Shown here piece by piece: positions 57,167-64,000 of a stretch of DNA of 64,000 nucleotides (the first letter of the stretch is position 1; each line of letters begins with the position of its first letter). The position numbers and the translations under genes were made by a program. Source of the stretch: Spirochaetia bacterium (GTDB lineage Bacteria > Spirochaetota > Spirochaetia > SZUA-6 > Bin103); contig CBDBOV010000006.1 of assembly GCA_965208575.1 (NCBI GenBank), forward strand, positions 896,001-960,000, written 5' to 3'. The notes below the pieces were generated by a model. That model was given only the letters and a program-made list of their open reading frames with translations, searched no databases and was not told the DNA's origin.

Positions 57167-57358
57167 AGGAGGTTCGAATGATACTCAAAGAGCCGCACGT
57201 GCGCGCGGCGTGAGCCGGGGTGAACCCGGATGAGTCACACGCCGCGCGCTCTTAGTGAATTTGACTCAGACTGGCCGTCTGCGTTGCGGGCATGAGAGTA
57301 GCCAGGGAGCGGCAAGTCGCTCCGCAATACTCTCGAGAATCAAGATCCGGAGTTACGC
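57167..57358 (+). promoter_or_regulatory. MILKEP leader (uORF 57178-57213, MILKEPHVRAA)
   Basis: AGGAGGT, uORF and hairpins. Confidence 0.8.
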
Positions 57359-59161
57359 ATGAAGTTTGTAAAAATTAGAATGACCTTCGCGTTTGCGTTG
57401 GTCCTCGTAATGACCGCAACCGGCCTCTGGGCCGCTGGCGCAGAAGAGGAGCCGGCAGCCGCTGCCGACAAGAAGTATGTGACCGACCCCTCCACCGGCA
57501 AGGCGGTGGTGGCGCCAGAGTATGGCGGGACATTGACCTACGCCTCGCATAATATAGTTCCGCATACTGACGCCTATTTCCATCACCACCCGGGAGAACA
57601 TGTCTCCAGTGTTGTAGAGAAGCTTACTATGCTGGACTGGGCAGCGCCCAGGGACGTATTCAACATTAGAACACATACTTCAACCGCGCCTCTGTCTCTC
57701 TATAAAGGGCACCTGGCGGAGAGTTGGGAAAAGCCCGACGACACAACATTTATCTTCCACATCCGCAAGGGCGTTCACTGGCATAATAAGCCACCGATGA
57801 ACGGTCGGGAGCTGACTGCCGATGATGTGGTATATAACTATCACCGTATGACGGGTCTGGGCAGCGGCTTCACGGAACCCAGCCCCACTTGGACCGCAAA
57901 TTTGTACCTGGTCGAATCGATAACGGCCACCGACAAATATACGGTCGTCTTCAAGCAGACGAAGGTAGACCCCACTGCGCTGTTTACTTTCACTCAACAC
58001 ATGAATTGGATATACCCCCCCGAGGTCATCAAGCAACACGGCGACATGAAGGATTGGAGGAACTTGGTTGGCACGGGGCCCTATGAGCTGACTGACTGGG
58101 TCGAGGGCAGCTCTGTCACCTGGACCAAGAATCCCGACTATTGGGGATTCGATGAAAAATACCCACAGAACCGCTTGCCCTACGTTGACAGTGTAACGAA
58201 GCTGATTATGCCAGACGCGGCAACACGGCTGGCGGCACTGCGCTCGGGAAAGGTTGATGCCCTGGGTATGCCTTTCGGCGACAGTCAATTAGGGTCTATC
58301 GACCAGGTAGATAGCCTCAAGCGGACCAATCCCGAAATCGTGCTGGAGCCGATGTCATATCGGTCGGAAACGTCTTGGGTTGTTAACCCGAATGTACCAC
58401 CCTTTGACGACAACCGGGTGCGCCACGCACTGCAGATGGCACTGGACCTTGATTCAATTAACAATACCTACTGGAAGGGTTTTGCAGAAACGACACCTAT
58501 GGGGTATTTGGGGAGTGGTTTGGTCGGGTATGTCACCCCGTTCGAAGATTGGCCTAAAGAGATCAAGCAATACTACAGGTATGACCCGGAAGGGGCTGAG
58601 AAGCTCCTGGATGAGGCTGGTTATCCCCGCGGCGCGGACGGCATTAGATTCAAGACCGTTCTGGATGTGAGCGTACCATGGCAGGTTGCAGCCTATCACG
58701 AATTAGCTGCCTCCTACTGGGATGCGATTGGCGTTGATGTAGAGATTGTGGAGAACGACGGCCCTACTGTCCGTGCGAAGCGAAAGGAAGGTACTTTTGA
58801 GATTCAGGCTTTTATTTCGGGGAACGACTGGGACCCCCTGGAGCAGATTAAGCAGTTTTACACTCCTGCTGCTTCACCGTATAATACTCCCAACGTAAAG
58901 GATCCGGCTTATGACGCCCTGGTTGCACCGGTCTTAGCCGCCGATACCATTGAGGAGCGGCAGAGGCTGATTAAACCGGTAGAAAAGTACATTAATGAAC
59001 AGCACTGGTATATATGGGGTAGTCGAGTTCCACAGTTTCACGCGCTCCAGCCGTGGGTTATAGGTTACAACGGTGAAACCGGCCTGGGAGACATGGACCG
59101 TGTGGTCCTCCTTGCCCGCCTCTGGATTGATAGTGAGCTGAAGGAAGCAATGGGTCATTAG
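57359..59161 (+). CDS. ABC transporter substrate-binding protein, family 5 (cassette 8)
   Basis: Signal peptide and family motifs. Confidence 0.95.
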   Translation: MKFVKIRMTFAFALVLVMTATGLWAAGAEEEPAAAADKKYVTDPSTGKAVVAPEYGGTLTYASHNIVPHTDAYFHHHPGEHVSSVVEKLTMLDWAAPRDVFNIRTHTSTAPLSLYKGHLAESWEKPDDTTFIFHIRKGVHWHNKPPMNGRELTADDVVYNYHRMTGLGSGFTEPSPTWTANLYLVESITATDKYTVVFKQTKVDPTALFTFTQHMNWIYPPEVIKQHGDMKDWRNLVGTGPYELTDWVEGSSVTWTKNPDYWGFDEKYPQNRLPYVDSVTKLIMPDAATRLAALRSGKVDALGMPFGDSQLGSIDQVDSLKRTNPEIVLEPMSYRSETSWVVNPNVPPFDDNRVRHALQMALDLDSINNTYWKGFAETTPMGYLGSGLVGYVTPFEDWPKEIKQYYRYDPEGAEKLLDEAGYPRGADGIRFKTVLDVSVPWQVAAYHELAASYWDAIGVDVEIVENDGPTVRAKRKEGTFEIQAFISGNDWDPLEQIKQFYTPAASPYNTPNVKDPAYDALVAPVLAADTIEERQRLIKPVEKYINEQHWYIWGSRVPQFHALQPWVIGYNGETGLGDMDRVVLLARLWIDSELKEAMGH

Positions 59162-59166
59162 GGGTT

Positions 59167-59753
59167 TTGAGCAGCCGACAAGACTGCATTCCAGCCGGGG
59201 AAGGACCGGCCGTACCAATTGCCCGGTTCGGGTACGTAGTGATGCCACAGTTCGTGTTGGGTAACCGCACTATAGCTGCGTGGTGTATAAGGCCCTGCCG
59301 CTTTGTCAGGCACAGGACTGCAAGGTGGGGGCATCCAGAGGGTCGAGCGAGCACAGGAGCCTGAACATAAAGGAATGTCTGCAGCCCCGAAATATGACCC
59401 CCGGCGAACGATGCTGTCCGGGACCCTTTGGTGTGCCGAGCACGTAAGCCCTATTGCGAGGCCGACGCTCTTCGTGAAGAAACGGGTACATGCCGCGAAG
59501 AGACACTACGGGGTACCGGCGGGGTTAGGGGCGTATGCGTGCCAGCGCTTGAGCTTCGGCCCCGTCGGGAAGGTCCATCGGGGAAAGTGGGCATGGCCGC
59601 CAACCGGACTCGAGAAATTCGACCGTCCGGGATGAGAGGGGGGCTTCGCGGAAACGTGGACTATGGTGGAACTAGGATCCTGCCTCGCAATCGAAAGAGC
59701 TGGGTGGTTATGAATCTCTGCCTACGGCTGCGCGCGCCGCGATTCTACCCGGC
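59167..59753 (+). mobile_element. ORF-less group II intron-like insertion (587 bp)
   Basis: Splits the gggtt^cacccct site that is intact in paralogs, with no TSD; DV-like aaccggactcgagaaattcgaccgtccggg; 3' end ...ctacccggc. Confidence 0.7.
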
Positions 59754-59878
59754 CACCCCTTATGGCTGAGCTCAGGGAAAAAGGGAGCTGGGGAGGCTCA
59801 GGCTTCCCAGCTCCCGATTTTGATTAACCAACTGAACAGAGAATGGCGGGACTTGTATGACGAATTATGACGAATAGG

Positions 59879-60128
59879 GACGCCATTGCGAGGAGTCCCT
59901 TCTTACTGTCTTTGCGAGTCCTTCCCAGAAGGACGATGAAGTAATCTTGGAGGCGATGAGATTGCCGCGCTGCGCTCGCATTGACGGAGGAAAGGGGGCG
60001 ACGAGATTGCCACGCCCTACCGTACTGTCATTGCGAGGAGCCTCAGCGACGAAGCAATCTGGTGGAGAAGCGACGGGATTGCCACGCCTTCGGCTTGTCC
60101 TGAACGAAGTTAAGGGGCTCGCAATGAC
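59879..60128. repeat. Cluster of REP-like palindromes (GTCATTGCGAG..GAAGCAATC / GATTGC..CTCGCAATGAC)
   Basis: Several alternating units, e.g. gtcattgcgaggagcctcagcgacgaagcaatct. Confidence 0.7.
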
Positions 60129-60143
60129 AAGGAATACAGTGAC

Positions 60144-61151
60144 ATGAGAGCCTATATCATCAGGCGGTTATTGCTGATAATCCCCACCCTGTTTATATTG
60201 AGCACGCTGGTCTTTCTCTCGGTCCGCTTCATCCCGGGGGATGTAATAGACGTAATGTTGGAGAGGATGATGATGTGGGGTTTCGGGGGGGATCATGTTG
60301 ACCGTGAAGTGCTTGAGCGTATGCTGGGTTTGGACGTGCCCGTCCACGTGCAGTATGGACGCTGGATAGGAGTGTTGCCGACCCCTGACTGGGTTACCGG
60401 TGAGTCCCACTTTAACGGTCTCCTCCAGGGCACCCTTGGCAACTCACTGCTTGGCGATTGGACGGTAGAGGAGAAGATAATAGGTAGATTGCCGGTAACC
60501 ATTGAGCTCGGTGTCATGGCCATCGTAATCGGGCTCGTCATAGCCCTGCCGATCGGCATCTACTCGGCGATTCGCCAGGATACCGCCGCCGACTACGCAG
60601 GACGCTTCATCGCCATCATCGGGCTGGCCACGCCTAACTTCTGGCTGGCACTTATGGTCATGATCTACCCGGCAATCTGGTGGGGCTGGTCGCCACCGAT
60701 GAGGTGGGTTCCTTTCACGGAAGACCCGCTGGGGAATCTCGGGGTGCTCATCATTCCCAGCCTGATTCTGGGGACGGCCACGGCTGCAGCCACCATGCGG
60801 ATGACGCGCACTATGATGCTGGAGGTGCTCAGGCAGGACTATATCAGGACCGCCTGGTCCAAGGGACTCAACGAGAGGGTAGTTGTTATGAGACACGCCA
60901 TCAAGAATGCCCTCACCCCGGTCGTAACCCTGATAGGCCTGCAGTTGCCTATCCTGGTAGGTGGCGCCGTTATCATGGAGAACATATTCAACCTGCCGGG
61001 GCTAGGTCGTCTCTTGCTGAAGGCACTCACTGATAGAGACTACCCGGTGGTCTCCGGAATAAACCTGTTTTTCGCCACCGCGGTTGTAGGAATAAATCTA
61101 ATGATAGACATGATTTATCCTTATTTAGACCCCAGGGTACGCTATAGATAA
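60144..61151 (+). CDS. ABC permease, DppB-like (cassette 8)
   Basis: MRAYIIRR...; conserved permease loop. Confidence 0.95.
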   Translation: MRAYIIRRLLLIIPTLFILSTLVFLSVRFIPGDVIDVMLERMMMWGFGGDHVDREVLERMLGLDVPVHVQYGRWIGVLPTPDWVTGESHFNGLLQGTLGNSLLGDWTVEEKIIGRLPVTIELGVMAIVIGLVIALPIGIYSAIRQDTAADYAGRFIAIIGLATPNFWLALMVMIYPAIWWGWSPPMRWVPFTEDPLGNLGVLIIPSLILGTATAAATMRMTRTMMLEVLRQDYIRTAWSKGLNERVVVMRHAIKNALTPVVTLIGLQLPILVGGAVIMENIFNLPGLGRLLLKALTDRDYPVVSGINLFFATAVVGINLMIDMIYPYLDPRVRYR

Positions 61152-61169
61152 AGGAAGAAAAACGGGAAT

Positions 61170-62102
61170 ATGAGTGACGCCACAGGGATAGCATCACCAG
61201 TAAGTGAGCCAAAGAGACGTGCCGGTCTGGCTGATTTCTTTATCAGGCTGTGGAGGGAGAAGCCGATGGGTACTGCCGGCGGGATTATCGTATTGCTCTT
61301 GATTCTGGCGGCTATCTTCGCCGATGTTCTGGCTCCTTATCCATATGATGAAATACACATGGCAGACAGGCTGACTGGCTCATCAGCCCGGTATCTGCTG
61401 GGTACCGACCAGTTGGGGCGAGACTTCTTGAGCCGCATTCTCTTCGGGGCTCGTATTTCGATAGTCGTCGGTCTGGCCGCGACCACTCTCAATGTTGTGG
61501 TCGCTACCCTGATAGGCGGCATTTCAGGATTCCTTGGTGGTAAATTGGACTTGGCTGTGCAGAGATTTGTCGATGCCTGGATGGCTTTCCCGGGACTGCT
61601 CCTGTTGTTAACCATAATGTCCCTGGTGGGGCGGGGTTTGCCACAGATGATAATGGTTCTGGGGATATCAGGAGGCATCGGTGGTTCAAGGGTAGTCAGA
61701 AGCGCCGTTATCGGTGTCAAAGAGAATGACTATTTTCAGGCCGCGGAGTCGATTGGTTCTTCAAAAAGGAGAACATTTATCCGACATGTCCTACCAAATA
61801 TCATGGCTCCAGCAATCATCATATTCAGCATCAACATCGGGGGAGTGATTATGTCTGAGGCTTCCTTAAGCTTCCTCGGATTCGGTCTGCCAGTCGAGTT
61901 TCCTAGCTGGGGAGGTATGCTCAGCAGAGAAGGGCGTGGGTACATGGAGATGGCGCCATGGCTGGCTCTCTGGCCCGGTCTTTGCCTGACTGTTGTCGTT
62001 TACTGTCTCAACATGTTCGGCGACGCGGTGCGGGACCTGCTCGACCCGAGGCTGCGCGGCGGTGGCGGGCGGCTGGGTGCCGATGCCGCCAGCGCGATTT
62101 GA
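61170..62102 (+). CDS. ABC permease, DppC-like (cassette 8)
   Basis: GTDQLGRD and GDAVRDLLDPR motifs. Confidence 0.95.
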   Translation: MSDATGIASPVSEPKRRAGLADFFIRLWREKPMGTAGGIIVLLLILAAIFADVLAPYPYDEIHMADRLTGSSARYLLGTDQLGRDFLSRILFGARISIVVGLAATTLNVVVATLIGGISGFLGGKLDLAVQRFVDAWMAFPGLLLLLTIMSLVGRGLPQMIMVLGISGGIGGSRVVRSAVIGVKENDYFQAAESIGSSKRRTFIRHVLPNIMAPAIIIFSINIGGVIMSEASLSFLGFGLPVEFPSWGGMLSREGRGYMEMAPWLALWPGLCLTVVVYCLNMFGDAVRDLLDPRLRGGGGRLGADAASAI

Positions 62103-62197
62103 GAGAGCGCGCCTGCGTCGGCCCAGGTGGCTGCGCGCCCGGGCGATCGATCACTTGGCGCCGGCCCCCTTCGGCTTCGCCACCCGCTGCGTGCGCG

Positions 62198-62352
62198 GCC
62201 GACCGGCAACCCGCGGTATCACACCGGATGCACGGTGACCCCCACCCGTGGCAGCCTCCCTGCCGCCACAGCTGGCATGTAGCTCCCGGCCCGCGACAGG
62301 GACGTCGTGGGCCGGGAGCCTGTTGGCTACTCCGGAGGCGCGCCCGGAACGC
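62198..62352. repeat. ~155-bp repeat, inverted partner of 54633-54787
   Basis: Reverse-complement match by direct comparison. Confidence 0.8.
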
Positions 62353-63153
62353 GGCCGACCAGGTCGACAAGCGCCGCGCTCGGTACGGGCGTGACGTGGC
62401 CGGTCAGCTCGAAGCAGCGCCTGGCATCGTAGTGTCGGCGCATCATCGGGCAGCGCAGACCGAGTCGGCGGAGTGTACAGGTACCTCATCACACGACTGA
62501 CGCGTCGTCCGTTCGTGGGCCCCGTCCGACGCGGTCCGCCGCGCGCACAGACACAGGCGTTCCCGCGCCATGGAAGGCGCGGGCGAATTGGGCGCGTCCG
62601 GAGTCACGTGCACCATCACGCTCACCAGCGCCGAGTCAGGGAACCCGGTGACCGAACCGGTCAGTCTGAAAGTAGCGACTGGCATCGCAGGGTCTGTGCA
62701 TCATCGTAGCGAAGGTCGGAGGCCACCACCCGGCAGTAGCCGGCGGCTGGGAGTCCACGCCACACGAGCCGTGGACCCGCTCCCCCACCGACCGTCGGCA
62801 GGCCGCTCGGGGAACAACACCACTGACCTCGGGGTGAGTCCGGCGGGGAAGCCGGGCACCAGGTATACTCGGCAATCCGCTGCGCATCTGACGCGGTCCC
62901 CCGCGCGTACACGACAGGCGCACCGCGCCAAGGATGGCGAGCGTGCGGCTGCCCTGTGCACAACTTGGGGCGCGGCGTCCGGAGTCCGCGACGATTCAGC
63001 CCAGCGGCCGCCGGGCCCTCGGGGAATCGCCACGGCTCCTGCCAATGTGCCCACGCCTCTCGTCGGTCGCTTCGCACGAAACCGTTGCCGAAGCGGCGCG
63101 CCCAGGGATCTTCCGCACCAGAACCTGAGAGGCTGTTGCCTGATAACGCGAAT

Positions 63154-63600
63154 CTAACCGTGGTCGCCGGTGGGCACAAACGGCGCCAACCGATGCTTGA
63201 TACGGAACTTCCTTGGATCTCCGATGATGGCGTAGTGCCGGGAGTAGTCTTCCTCCAATCGCCGGTTCCGAGTCTTCGTGAAGCGCAGAGTCGTGTATGG
63301 TCCCGCAGTGCGTCGACGATACTGTCGTACCGCGGGACCGAGCTGGAGGTCGTGACCATGCATGCGAAGAATCCGGAGAATCCTTCCGGCCTTTGCGAGA
63401 TTGCAGTTGATCACTCTCTCGAGATAGGAGACTCGACCCAGGTGCCAAGCCCGGACCTTCTTCTCTTCCAGCAGGCCCATGCGGACGAACACGTCCACTG
63501 GGGCAACCTCATCTTGTTCTGTGAGGATCTCTCGTACCGCCTCGACGATCCGTGGATAGTACCGATCCTTCCTGTAGTTCTGGAGCGTTATCTCCTTCAC
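63154..63600 (-). CDS. Hypothetical basic protein
   Basis: GGGAGAA RBS then GTG; protein-like composition (VAPVDVFVRMGLL...W..GRV.YLERVI.CNL). Confidence 0.75.
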   Translation of the reverse strand: MKEITLQNYRKDRYYPRIVEAVREILTEQDEVAPVDVFVRMGLLEEKKVRAWHLGRVSYLERVINCNLAKAGRILRILRMHGHDLQLGPAVRQYRRRTAGPYTTLRFTKTRNRRLEEDYSRHYAIIGDPRKFRIKHRLAPFVPTGDHG

Positions 63601-63669
63601 CGTTCTCCCGATTTGTCTGCTGCGCCGTTGCGTTGGCCGACCGGAGGTGGACCGATTCGGGTCTCGTCA

Positions 63670-63795
63670 AACTCCACGCGTGCCGGGATTGGGTAGTCGA
63701 CTGTACGACGCAGTTACTGAAGCTGTCGAACAGGCGGAGACCTTCCCGGAGTCTGGTCGGCGGCGTCGACGGGATGTCCGCCAGATCCCTTTGGA
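63670..63795 (+). pseudogene. RelE/ParE toxin internal fragment
   Basis: PGLGSRLYDAVTEAVEQAETFPESG....DVRQIPL. Confidence 0.5.
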
Positions 63796-63907
63796 CCGAG
63801 CTCGAGCAGAGCGGAGCCCGGCGGCGATGGCGAAGCCGAAGGAGGCCGGCGCCAGGTGATCGATCGCCAGGGCGCGCAGCCACCTGGGCCGACGCAGGCG
63901 CGCTCTC

Positions 63908-64000
63908 TCAAATCGCCCTGGCGGCATCGGCACCGAGACGTCCGCCACCACCCCGTAGCCGCGGGTCGAGCAGGTCCCTCACCGCGTCACCGAACATGTT
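63908..64000 (-). CDS. 3' end of a ninth DppC-like permease; the gene continues beyond the window
   Basis: NMFGDAVRDLLDPRLRGGGGRLGADAARAI*. Confidence 0.9.
   Translation of the reverse strand, partial: NMFGDAVRDLLDPRLRGGGGRLGADAARAI

Noticed and set aside
62360-63130. Possible gene fragments or ORFs after cassette 8
   Set aside because: No recognisable motif or consistent reading frame; left unannotated.

Overview
GC-rich bacterial accessory region. It is dominated by eight paralogous family-5 (peptide/nickel-type) ABC importer cassettes, each SBP-permease B-permease C, with the tail of a ninth at the right edge. No ATPase gene is present in the window. Six of the eight SBP genes carry a conserved, apparently undescribed 5' leader: a strong Shine-Dalgarno, a short uORF with invariant MILKEP and a variable 7th residue, and covarying, mutually exclusive hairpins. 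A degenerate group II intron whose EBS1 reads AGGAGG sits antisense exactly at the uORF Shine-Dalgarno in two cassettes. A second, ORF-less group II-like element sits in the hairpin behind another SBP gene. Between cassettes lie many toxin-antitoxin modules with mostly broken toxins, an IS1634 with a target-site duplication, an IS21 remnant, a MITE, two Uma2 nucleases, an HNH protein, a MoxR-DUF58-transglutaminase operon, a PQQ-type beta-propeller gene and a bshB1-SDR-GH88 cluster. The SBP signal peptides resemble spirochaete types and the cassette cores look more AT-rich than host genes; both points are by-eye inference. No rRNA, tRNA or CRISPR array was seen.
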